Assembly: GCF_018977255.1 (NCBI RefSeq) | Contig: NW_024704742.1 | Span: 73,782,001-73,846,000, forward strand | Reading direction: 5' to 3' | Length of the DNA: 64,000 bases | Source of the DNA: Callorhinchus milii | Lineage: Eukaryota | Part shown: in pieces, positions 47,870-59,700 of the stretch | How the letters are laid out: each line of letters begins with the position of its first letter | How positions within the stretch are numbered: the stretch's first letter is position 1 | Notes under the pieces: generated by a model | Databases searched by the model: none | What the model was told of the DNA's origin: nothing | Seen by the model: only the letters and a program-made list of their open reading frames with translations | Program-made: the position numbers and the translations under genes

Positions 47870-50226
47870 ATGAGGTGGGGGGAGAGCGAGAGAGGAGCCG
47901 AACAAGGAGAGTAGTGGGGGGGGGACGGGGGGGGAGGCAGTGTGGGGGTGGGGGGGGAGGAGCAGGCAGTGTGGGGGGGGGGCGGGGGAGTGTGGGGGGA
48001 GGAGGGGAGTGTGGGGGGGGGGGAGTGTAGGAAGGAGGAGCAGGCAGTGTGGGGGGAGGAGGGGAGTGGGGGGGAGGAGGGGAGTGGGGGGGGGGAGGGG
48101 AGTGTGGGGGGCAGCTGGTGGGGGGGGAGGGGATGATTGTGGGGGGAGTAGCTGGTGGAGAGGGGATGATGGTGGGGAGATGATGATGGTGGGGGGGGAG
48201 ATGATGATGGTGGGGGGGGAGGGGATGATGGTGGGGGGGAGGGGGTGGTGGGGAGGGAGCTGGTGGGGAGGGGAGGGGATGATTGTGGGGGTGGAGCTGG
48301 TGGGGGGAGGGGATGATGGTGGGGGGGGAGCTGGTGGGGGGAGGGGATGATGGTGGGGGTGGAGCTGGTGGGGGAGGGGATGATGGTGGGGGGGAGCTGG
48401 TGGGGGAGGGGATGATGGGGGAGGGGGGGATGGTGGGGGCTTGGTGGGTTGGGGGAGCTGGTGGGGGGTGGTGCGTGGGTGAGAAGCTGGCGGGGGGAGA
48501 TGGTGGGAAGGATAATGGTGTGGTGGGGGAGGAGCTGGTGGGGGATGATGGTGGCGGGGGAGCTGGTGGGGGGGAGCTGGTGGGGTGGGGAAATGGGGGG
48601 GAGGGGATGATGGTGGGGGTGAGCTGGTGGGGTGGGGAAATGGGGGGGAGGGGATGATGGTGGGGGTGAGCTGGTGGGGTGGGGAAATGGGGGGGAGGGG
48701 ATGATGGTGGGGGTGAGCTGGTGGGGGGTAGGAGCTGGTGGGGGGGAGGATGATGGTGGAGGGGGAACTGGTGGGGGAGGGGATGATGTGGGGGGAGCTG
48801 GTGGGGGGGAGGAGCTAGTGGAGGGTGAGCTGGTGGGGGGGAAGGGGATGATGGTTGGGGGGGAACTGGTGGGGGAGAGGGAGATGGTGGGGATGGTTGG
48901 TGGGAGGAGCTGGTTGGGGGGGGGTGGATGGGTGGGGAGCTGGTGGGGGGGAGGGGATGATGGTGGGGGGAACTGGTGGGGGGGATGATGATGGTGGGGG
49001 GGAGCTGATGGGGGGGATGATGATGGTGGGGGGGAGATGGTGGGGGGGCGATGATGATGGTGGGGGGGGAGCTGGTGGGGGGGGATGATGATGGTGGGGG
49101 GGATGATGATGGTGGGGGGGAGGAGATGGTGGGGGTGGTGGTGGGGGGAGGAGCTGGTGGGGGGGGGAATGATGATGGTGGGGGGGGGTGGTGGGGGAGG
49201 AGATGGTGGGAGGGGGTGGTGGGGGAGGGAGCTGGTGGGGGGAGGGGATGATGGTGGGGTGGAGCTGGTGGGGGGAGGGGATGATGGTGGGGGGGAGGAG
49301 CTGGTGGGGAAGGTGATGATGATGGTGGGGGGGAAGGAGATGGTGGGGGGGGCGGATGATGATGGGGAGGAGCTGGTGGGGGGTGATGATGATGATGGTG
49401 TGAGGTGGGGAGCTGGTGGGGGTGGGATGATGGTGGGGGGGGAGGAGCTGGTGGTGGGGGGGATGATGATGATGGTGGGGGGAGGAGCTGGTGGTGGGGG
49501 TGATGATGATGATGGTGGGGGGAGGAGCTGGTGGGGGGGATGATGATGATGGTGGTGGGGAGGAGATGGTGGTGGGGGGGATGATGATGATGGTGGGGGG
49601 AGGAGCTGGTGGGGGGGATGATGATGATGGTGGGGGGAGGAGCTGGTGGTGGGGGGGATGATGATGATGATGATGATGATGGGGGTATGGTGGGGGGGAG
49701 GAGATGGTGGTGGGGGGGATGATGATGATGATGGTGGGGGGGATGGTGGGGGGGAGGAGATGGTGGTGGGGGGATGATGATGATGGTGGGGGGAGGAGCT
49801 GGTGGGGGGATGATGATGATATGGTGGGGGAGGAGCTGATGATAATGATGGTGGGGGGGAGGAGCGGATGATGATGATGATGGTGGGGGGAGGAGCTGAT
49901 GATGATGATGGTGGGGGGGAGCTGATGATGATGATGATGGTGGGGGGGAGGAGCTAATGATGATGGTGGGGGGAGGAGCTGATGATGATGATGATGGTGG
50001 TGGGGGGGATGATGATGATGGTGGTGGGGGGGAGGAGCTGATGATGATGGTGGGGGGGAGGAGCTGATGATGATGATGGTGGTGGGTGGGAGGAGCTGCT
50101 GATGATGATGATGATGGTGGGGGGAGGAGCTAATGATGATGATGTTGGTGGGGGAGGAGCTGATGATGATGATGTTGGTGGGGGGAGGAGCTGATGATGA
50201 TGATGATGATGATGGTGGGGGGAGGA

Positions 50227-50258
<32 letters not shown>

Positions 50259-50894
50259 GGGAGGAGCTGATGATGATGATGATGGTGGGGGAGGAGCTGA
50301 TGATGATGATGGTGGGGGGAGGAGCTGATGATGATGATGATGATGGTGGGGGGGAGGAGCTGATGATGATGATGATGGTGGGGGAGGAGCTGATGATGAT
50401 GATGATGGTGGGGGAGGAGCTGATGATGATGATGGTGGAGGGAGGAGCTGATGATGATGATGATGGTGGGGGGAGGAGCTGATGATGATGATGATGGTGG
50501 GGGGAGGAGCTGATGATGATGATGATGATGATGGTGGGGGGAGGAGCTGATGATGATGATGGTGGGGAAGGAGCTGATGATGATGGTGGTGGGGAGAGGA
50601 GCTGATGATGATGATGGTGGGGGGAGGAGCTGATGATGATGATGGTGGGGGGAGGAGCTGATGATGATGATGATGATGATGGTGGGGGGGAGGAGCTGAT
50701 GATGATGATGATGGTGGGAGGAGCTGATGATGATGATGATGATGGTGGGGGAGGAGCTGATGATGATGATGATGATGATGGTGGGGGAGGAGCTGATGAT
50801 GATGATGATGATGGTGTGGGGGGGAGGAGCTTATGATGATGATGATGATGATGGTGGGGGAGGAGCTGATGATGATGATGATGATGGGGGAGGA

Positions 50895-50926
<32 letters not shown>

Positions 50927-53590
50927 GGGGAGGAGCTGATGATGATGATGATGGGGAGGAGCTGATGATGATGATGATGATGATGGTGGGGGGAGGAGCT
51001 GATGATGATGATGATGATGATGGGGAGGAGCTGATGATGATGATGATGGTGGGGGAGGAGCTGATGATGATGATGATGGGGGGGAGAGCTGATGATGATG
51101 ATGATGATGATGGTGGGGGGAGGAGCTGATGATGATGATGGTGGGGGGAGGAGCTGATGATGATGGTGGTGGGGAGAGGAGCTGATGATGATGATGGTGG
51201 GGGGAGGAGCTGATGATGATGATGATGGTGGGGGGAGGAGCTGATGATGATGATGATGATGGGGAGGAGCTGATGATGATGGTGGGGGAGGAGCTGATGA
51301 TGATGATGATGGTGGGGGAGGAGCTGATGATGATGATGATGGGGGGGGAGGAGCTGATGATGATGATGATGATGGTGGGGGGAGGAGCTGATGATGATGA
51401 TGATGGTGGGGGAGGAGCTGATGATGATGATGATGATGGTGGAGGGAGGAGCTGATGATGATGATGGTGGGGGGAGGAGCTGATGATGATGATGATGATG
51501 GTGGGGGGAGGAGCTGATGATGATGATAATGGGGGATGAGCTGATGATGATGATGGTGGGGGGAGGAGCTGATGATGATGATGATGATGGTGGGGGGAGG
51601 AGCTGATGATGATGATGATGGTGGGGGAGGAGCTGATGATGATGATGATGGTGGGGGAGGAGCTGATGATGATGATGGTGGAGGGAGGAGCTGATGATGA
51701 TGATGATGATGGTGGGGAGAGGAGCTGATGATGATGATGGTGGGGGGAGGAGCTGATGATGATGATGGTGGTGGGAGGAGCTGATGATGATGATGATGAT
51801 GGTGGGGGAGGAGCTGATGATGATGATGATGATGATGGGGGAGGAGCTGATGATGATGATGATGATGATGGTGGTGGGGGGAGGAGCTGATGATGATGAT
51901 GATGGGGAGGAGCTGATGATGATGATGATGATGGTGGGGGGAGGAGCTGATGATGATGATGATGATGATGGTGGGGAGAGGAGCTGATGATGATGATGAT
52001 GGTGGGGGGAGGAGCTGATGATGATGATGGTGGGGGGAGGAGCTGATGATGATGATGGTGGAGGGAGGAGCTGATGATGATGATGGTGGGGGGAGGAGCT
52101 GATGATGATGATGGTGGAGGGAGGAGCTGATGATGATGATGATGGTGGTGGGGGGAGGAGCTGATGATGATGATGATGATGATGATGGTGGTGGGGAGAG
52201 GAGCTGATGATGATGATGGTGGGGGGAGGAGCTGATGAAGATGGTGGAGGGGGAGGAGCTGATGATGATGATGATGATGGTGGGAGGAGCTGATGATGAT
52301 GATGATGATGGTGGGGGAGGAGCTGATGATGATGATGATGATGATGGTGGGGGAGGAGCTGATGATGATGATGATGATGATGATGATGGTGGAGGAGCTG
52401 ATGATGATGATGATGATGATGGTGGTGGGTGAGGAGCTGATGATGATGATGATGGTGGGAGGAGCTGCTGATGATGATGATGATGGTGGGGGAGGAGCTG
52501 ATGATGATGATGATGATGATGATGGTGGGGAGGAGCTGATGATGATGATGATGGTGGGGGAGGAGCTGATGATGATGATGATGATGGGGGAGGAGCTGAT
52601 GATGATGATGATGGTGGTGGGGGAGGAGCTGATGATGATGATGATGATGGTGGGGGAGGAGCTGATGATGATGATGATGATGATGGGGGAGGAGCTGATG
52701 ATGATGATGGTGGTGGGGGGGGGAGGAGCTGATGATGATGATGATGATGATGATGGGGGAGGAGCTGATGATGATGATGATGATGATGGTGGTGGGGAGG
52801 AGCTGATGATGATGATGATGGTGGGGGAGGAGCTGATGATGATGATGATGGTGGGGAGAGGAGCTGATGATGATGATGATGATGGGGAGGAGCTGATGAT
52901 GATGATGATGATGGTGGGGGAGGAGCTGATGATGATGATGATGATGGTGGGGGAGGAGCTGATGATGATGATGATGGGGGAGGAGCTGATGATGATGATG
53001 ATGGTGGGGGAGGAGCTGATGATGATGATGATGGGGGGAGGATGATGATGATGATGATGATGGGGGAGGAGCTGATGATGATGATGATGGTGGGGGGAGG
53101 AGCTGGTGATGATGATGGTGGGGGGAGGAGCTGATGATGATGATGATGATGGTGGGGGGAGGAGATGATGATGATGATGATGATGGGGGAGGAGCTGATG
53201 ATGATGATGATGGTGGGGGGAGGAGCTGATGATGATGATGATGATGGGGGAGGAGCTGATGATGATGATGATGATGGGGGAGGAGCTGATGATGATGATG
53301 ATGATGGGGGAGGAGCTGATGATGATGATGATGATGGGGAGGAGCTTGATGATGATGATGATGATGGGAGGAGGGAGGAGCTGTGATGATGATGATGATG
53401 GGGGAGGAGCTGGTGATGATGATGATGATGGGGAAGGAGCTGGTGATGATGATGATGATGGGGGAGGAGCTGGTGATGATGATGATGATGGGGAAGGAGC
53501 TGGTGATGATGATGATGATGGGGGAGGAGCTGATGATGATGATGATGATGGTGGGGGGAGGAGCTGATGATGATGATGGTGGTGGTGGTG
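47870..53590. repeat. ~5.7 kb G-rich array upstream of RCHY1: degenerate GGAGCTGGTGGGG/GATGATGGT grading into regular GG(G)nAGGAGCT(GAT)4-10GGT units
   Basis: Direct inspection; source of the poly-M/D/H/S spurious ORFs. Confidence 0.95.
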
Positions 53591-53594
53591 TCAG

Positions 53595-53676
53595 TACCGC
53601 GGTTGCGGGGTTGCGCGCGCACGGGAGCCGGAAGCGGAAGTGCGTGTGTGATGGTAACCGGGGGTGATGTGAGGTG
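53595..53676 (+). promoter_or_regulatory. RCHY1 core promoter/5'UTR: tandem ETS (GABPA-type) site CCGGAAGCGGAAGTG at 53628-53642 and a TGCGCGCGCA (NRF1-like) element at ~53612-53621
   Basis: Motifs seen directly; the only CpG-rich patch between two large arrays, just upstream of the ATG. Confidence 0.72.
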
Positions 53677-53733
53677 ATGGCGGAGGGGGGAGCGCGAGGC
53701 TGCGCTCACTATCAGCGGTTGTGTCTATTGAAG
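53677..53733 (+). CDS. RCHY1: RCHY1 exon 1 ([19 protein letters not shown])
   Basis: Strong Kozak context gtgATGG; GC.HY.R.C.LK start of the CHY finger; AAG|gtatgt donor; 57 nt. Confidence 0.92.
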
Positions 53734-56700
53734 GTATGTCTCCAGCACCGGGTCCTGCAGCAGCGGCCCTGACAGCCGCCAGTGTGTCTGTCACACTCCG
53801 TGTCACCGTGTCTGACACTGTGTCTGTGACACTGTGCCCCGTGAGACTCTCTGTGCCCCTGTGGGACTGTGCCCCTCTGGGACTGTGCCCCTGTGAGATT
53901 CTCTGTGACACTGTGTCACTGTAAGACTGTGTCTGTGAGACTGTGTCTATGAGACTGTGTCACTGTGAGACTGTGTCACTGTATCTGAGACTGTCCCTGT
54001 GAGACTGTGTCCCTGTGAGACTGTGTCCCTGTGAGACTGTGTCCCTGTGGGACTGTGTCCCTGTGAGACTGTGTCACTGTGAGACTGTGTCCCTGTGAGA
54101 CTGTGTCACTGTGAGACTGTGCCCCTATAAGACTCTCTGTGTCCCTGTGGGACTGTGCTCCTCTGGGACTGTGCCCCTCTGGGACTGTGCCCCTGTGAGA
54201 TTCTCTGTGACACTGTGTCACTGTAAGACTGTGTCACTGTAAGACTGTGTCTGTGAGACTGTGTCTATGAGACTGTGTCACTGTGAGACTGTGTCACTGT
54301 ATCTGAGACTGTCACTGTGAGACTGTGTCACTGAGACTGTGTCACTGTGTCTGTGAGACTGTGTCACTGTGAGACTGTGTCACTGTGTCTTACACTGTGT
54401 CCCTGTGGGACTGTGTCCCTGTGAGACTGTGTCCCTGTGAGACTGTGTCCCTGTGAGACTGTGTCCCTGTGAGACTCTCTGTGTCCCTGTGAGACTCTCT
54501 GTGTCCCTGTGGGACTGTGTCCCTGTGAGACTGTGTCCCTGTGAGACTGTGTCCCTGTGAGACTGTACCCCTATAAGACTCTCTGTGTCCCTGTGAGACT
54601 GTGTCCCTGTGAGACTGTGTCACTGTGAGACTGTGTCCCTGTGAGACTGTGTCACTGTGAAACTGTGCCCCTATAATACTCTCTGTGTCCCTGTGGGACT
54701 GTGCTCCTCTGGGACTGTGCCCCTCTGGGACTGTGCCCCTGTGAGATTCTCTGTGACACTGTGTCACTGTAAGACTGTGTCACTGTAAGACTGTGTCTGT
54801 GAGACTGTGTCTATGAGACTGTGTCACTGTGAGACTGTGTCACTGTATCTGAGACTGTCACTGTGAGACTGTGTCACTGAGACTGTGTCACTGTGTCTGT
54901 GAGACTGTGTCACTGTGAGACTGTGTCACTGTGTCTTACACTGTGTCCCTGTGAGACTGTGTCCCTGTGAGACTGTGTCCCTGTGAGACTGTGTCCCTGT
55001 GAGACTGTGTCCCTGTGGGACTGTGTCCCTGTGAGACTGTGTCCCTGTGAGACTGTGTCCCTGTGAGACTCTCTGTGTCCCTGTGAGACTCTCTGTGTCC
55101 CTGTGAGACTCTCTGTGTCCCTGTGGGACTGTGTCCCTGTGAGACTGTGTCCCTGTGAGACTGTGTCCCTGTGAGACTGTACCCCTATAAGACTCTCTGT
55201 GTCCCTGTGGGACTGTGTCCCTGTGGGACTGTGTCCCTGTGAGACTGTGTCCCTGTGAGACTGTGCCCCTATAGGACTCTCTGTGTCCCTGTGGGACTGT
55301 GTCCCTGTGGGACTGTGTCCCTGTGGGACTGTGTCACTGTGGGACTGTGTCACTGTGAGACTGTGTCACTGTGAGACTGTGTCCCTGTGAGACTGTGTCC
55401 CTGTGAGACTGTGTCCCTGTGAGACTGTGTCCCTGTGGGACTGTGTCCCTGTGAGACTGTGTCCCTGTGAGACTGTGTCACTGTGAGACTGTGTCCCTGT
55501 GAGACTGTGTCACTGTGAAACTGTGCCCCTATAAGACTCTCTGTGTCCCTGTGGGACTGTGCTCCTCTGGGACTGTGCCCCTCTGGGACTGTGCCCCTGT
55601 GAGATTCTCTGTGACACTGTGTCACTGTAAGACTGTGTCACTGTAAGACTGTGTCTGTGAGACTGTGTCTATGAGACTGTGTCACTGTGAGACTGTGTCA
55701 CTGTATCTGAGACTGTCACTGTGAGACTGTGTCACTGAGACTGTGTCACTGTGTCTGTGAGACTGTGTCACTGTGAGACTGTGTCACTGTGTCTTACACT
55801 GTGTCCCTGTGAGACTGTGTCCCTGTGAGACTGTGTCCCTGTGAGACTGTGTCCCTGTGAGACTGTGTCCCTGTGAGACTGTGTCCCTGTGAGACTGTGT
55901 CCTGTGAGACTGTGTCCTGTGGGACTGTGTCCCTGTGGGACTGTGTCCTGTGAGACTGTGTCCCTGTGAGACTGTGTCCCTGTGAGACTGTGTCCCTGTG
56001 AGACTGTGTCCCTGTGAGACTGTGTCCCTGTGAGACTGTGTCCCTGTGAGACTGTGTCCCTGTGAGACTGTGTCCCTGTGAGACTGTGCCCCTATAGGAC
56101 TCTCTGTGTCCCTGTGGGACTGTGTCCCTGTGGGACTGTGTCCCTGTGAGACTGTGCCCCTATAGGACTCTCTGTGTCCCTGTGAGACTGTGTCCCTGTG
56201 AGACTGTGTCCCTGTGAGACTGTACCCCTATAAGACTCTCTGTGTCCCTGTGAGACTGTGTCCTGTGAGACTGTGTCACTGTGAGACTGTGTCCCTGTGA
56301 GACTGTGTCACTGTGAGACTGTGCCCCTATAAGACTCTCTGTGTCCCTGTGGGACTGTGCTCCTCTGGGACTGTGCCCCTCTGGGACTGTGCCCTGTGAG
56401 ATTCTCTGTGACACTGTGTCACTGTAAGACTGTGTCACTGTAAGACTGTGTCTGTGAGACTGTGTCTATGAGACTGTGTCACTGTGAGACTGTGTCACTG
56501 TATCTGAGACTGTGTCACTGTGAGACTGTGTCACTGAGACTGTGTCACTGTGTCTGTGAGACTGTGTCACTGTGTCTTAGACTGTGTCCCTGTGAGACTG
56601 TGTCCCTGTGAGACTGTGTCCCTGTGAGACTGTGTCCCTGTGAGACTGTGTCCCTGTGAGACTGTGTCACTGTGAGACTGTGTCACTGTGAGACTGTGCC

Positions 56701-59700
56701 CCTATAAGACTCTCTGTGTCCCTGTGGGACTGTGTCCCTGTGGGACTGTGGCCCTGTGAGTCTGTGTCCCTGTGGGACTGTGGCCCTGTGGGACTGTGGC
56801 CCTGTGAGATTCTCTGTGACACTGTGAGTCTGTGTATCTGTGCGAATGCGTGTCTGCATGATTGTGAGATTGTGTCTGCGTGACTGTGAGACTGCATCTG
56901 TGTGACTTTGAGTGTGTGTCTTAAACTTAACAAACTGCCTCCACTTCATCTCGGCAAATGGTTTCTCCTCGCGCCCCCACCCGGTCACTTGCAGGATACC
57001 CCAGGGCTCAATCCTTGGCCCTCTTCTTTTCCTCATCTACGTGCTCCCTCTGGGTGATATCATCCGCAGACACGGGTTAAACTTCCACATGCTTGCGGAT
57101 GACATGCAAATCTACTTTGCCTCCTCCAGTACCAACTTCAGGTCCGCCAACGTTTTATCAGCTTGTCTGGCAGGAGTGCAAACTTCCTTTAGTTGAATGT
57201 GGACAAGATGGAAGCCATATTCCTTGGCTCCCGTCAACATCTTCACTTCTGAAGATCTAAACTCTTCAACCTCCCTGGGCTCTCCTTCAGACTCACTGAA
57301 TCAGTGCACAATCTAGGCATCCGGTTCAACCCCCAGCTGTCCTTCCTCCCCCACATCTGGTCCCCCGACCAGGACGGTCTTGCTCCACCTCTGCCACATT
57401 GCTCACCTCTGACTGTACCTTATCCCAAATTCAGCCCAAACCCTAATGCCTGTGTTTGTCACCTCCCGCCTGGATTACTTAAACACACTCCTCACTGGTC
57501 TCCCCAGCTCCACTATTCAAAAAATTCAACTCATTCAGAACTCTGCCTCCCGCATAGCATACTTACCCAGATCAAACTCCATACCCACATCTCACCAGTT
57601 CTGGCCAAGCTCCACTGGTCCCCAACACCGAATGGATCGACTTCAAGATCCTCACACTCGTGTTCAAATCCATTCACTCCCTGGCGCAGGACCTCAAGGG
57701 TTGTCATCTCAAGATTACTCCAGAAAATATGAGAGGTAAATGTGTGGCTGCAGAAATGGTATAGGAAGGAAGAGGGGCTCCAGCGGAGGATTTCAACTAA
57801 TATGACGGGAGTGGGAAGGATCATGATACGATAAGGGAAAACGCACACAAGGAAAACAACAACAACAACTTGGATTTATATAGCGCCCTCCACGCCGGAC
57901 GGCGTCTCAGAGCGCTTTACAGTTTAGGATCCCGGGGCCGAGCCGGGGGGAGGGGGAGGAAGGTGACCAAAGATGCGGTCGAAAAAAAAGGTCTTCAGCA
58001 GAGACCTGAAAATAGGAAGGGAGGGAGTGAGGCGAAGGCAGTGAGGAAGGCAGTTCCAGAGCCTCGGGGCACAGTGGCTGAAGGCACGGCCACCGAGGGT
58101 GGAGCGGAGGGCTCGGGGGACAAGGAGGAGGCAAGACCCGGAGGAACGAAGGCAACGGGTACTGTGCTGAGGAGAGGAGGTCAGAGAGGTAGGGGGGTGC
58201 AGAGGAGTGGAGGGATTTGAATACAAGGGTGAGGATTTTGAAATTGATCCTCTTTGGGACAGGCAGCCAGGGGTGGCAAGGACTGGGGTGATCGGGGAGC
58301 GGAGTTTCGTGTGGGTGAGAATGCGGGCGGCAGAGTTTTGAATGATTTGGATTTTATGGATGTTAGTGAACGGGAGACCGGCGAGGAGGGCGTTGGAGTA
58401 GTCCACCCGAGAGGCGACAAAGGCATGGACCAGGGTTTCAGCGGCTTTTGGGGAGAGGTATTGGCGGAGACGGGCGAAGCGTCGGAGGTGGTAGAAGGCG
58501 GTGCTGGTAAGGGGCCGGATGTGGGGGAGGAAGGATAATTGTGGGTCGAACCTGACTCCTAAGTTGCGTACGGAGAGTTTTAGGGGGAGGTTGGATAGGT
58601 GGAGGAGGTGAGAGCCATGAGATTTTAGACGTTGACGAGAGCCAAAGAGTATGGCTTCCGTCTTGTCAACGTTCAGCTGAGGGAAGTTTGCGCTCATCCA
58701 GCCCCTGAGGTCTGACAGGCAGCCTGACAGAACATCAGGGGACCGGGGTCTCAAAGAGAGGTGGCACAATAGAGTTGGGTGTCATCTGCATTCATGGGGA
58801 AATGTACCCCATGTCTGCGGATGACATCCCCAAGAGAGAGCATGTAAATCAGAAAGAGGAGGGGGCCAAGGATGGATCCTTGGGGTACCCGCAGGTAACC
58901 AGGTGAGAGCGGGAGGAGAAGCTGTTTGTGCAGATTTACTGCTGGCGGTTTGTGAGGTAGGACTCGAACCAGGCGAGTGCGGTCCCACTGAGGTAGATGA
59001 CGGAGGAAAGGCGGTGGAGGAGGATGGCGTGATCGACTGTGTCAAACGCGGCGGAGAGGTCCAGGAGGACAAGGAGACATAGGGAGCCCTGGTCACAGAT
59101 AGAAAGGATGTCAAAGTAACATCGACATAGAATGGTTGGGATGAATGACCTGTTTCCATGCTGCACATTCTTTGTAAATCTTTGTAAACCTGGGGAAACA
59201 GCAGGAAGCTTGATTGACAGTGGTAGTGTCAAGATAGGCATTTCTAGCTGCTTACATTCCAGCAATACCCCCAAGATACTCTGAGCTCCCCAAACCTTGA
59301 CGCTCACCAACCTGCATTTAATACTCTCTGGATTTAGATAAGCCCAGGTGTGTCCCACCAAGGAGAGCGTTCACGTTCCATTCCAGACACAGGTAACTTT
59401 CCATGTGGAGGTTGCAAACATATGTGGAGCTCTGTCTGGTTTGCATATTGTTAAGCATGGTGATGGGTTTCCGCATGTGTTAGACACCCGTCGACCAAAT
59501 AAAAGCAGGAGGATGCAGAACCCAATTACTGTTGAAATAAGGCATCCCCACTATGATTTGTACTGAGCGGTTTCCTGTACCTAGTGGAGTACATTTTCCC
59601 TTTTGTCTTTCTGTACTGTCAATCGCCACCAGATCAAATGTGTGAGATATCCTTATTACAATTGCTTCTGAATGTATCCAGTTATTTTGCCACCCAATAT

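Noticed and set aside
48100..49810. Numerous GCTGGTGG (E. coli Chi) octamers
   Set aside because: By-product of the GGAGCTGGTGGGG repeat unit; RecBCD is irrelevant in a vertebrate.
49954..53709. 1251-aa poly-His/Ser/Ile ORF and poly-Met/Asp ORFs
   Set aside because: Translations of the (GAT)n/GGAGGAGCT array; the frame wanders with repeat length.
53780..56920. CRISPR-like appearance of recurring cassettes, and many CACTGTG (RSS heptamer) matches
   Set aside because: The spacers are themselves repeat units, there are no cas genes, and the DNA is eukaryotic. The heptamers have no ACAAAAACC nonamer and no V/D/J segments nearby.
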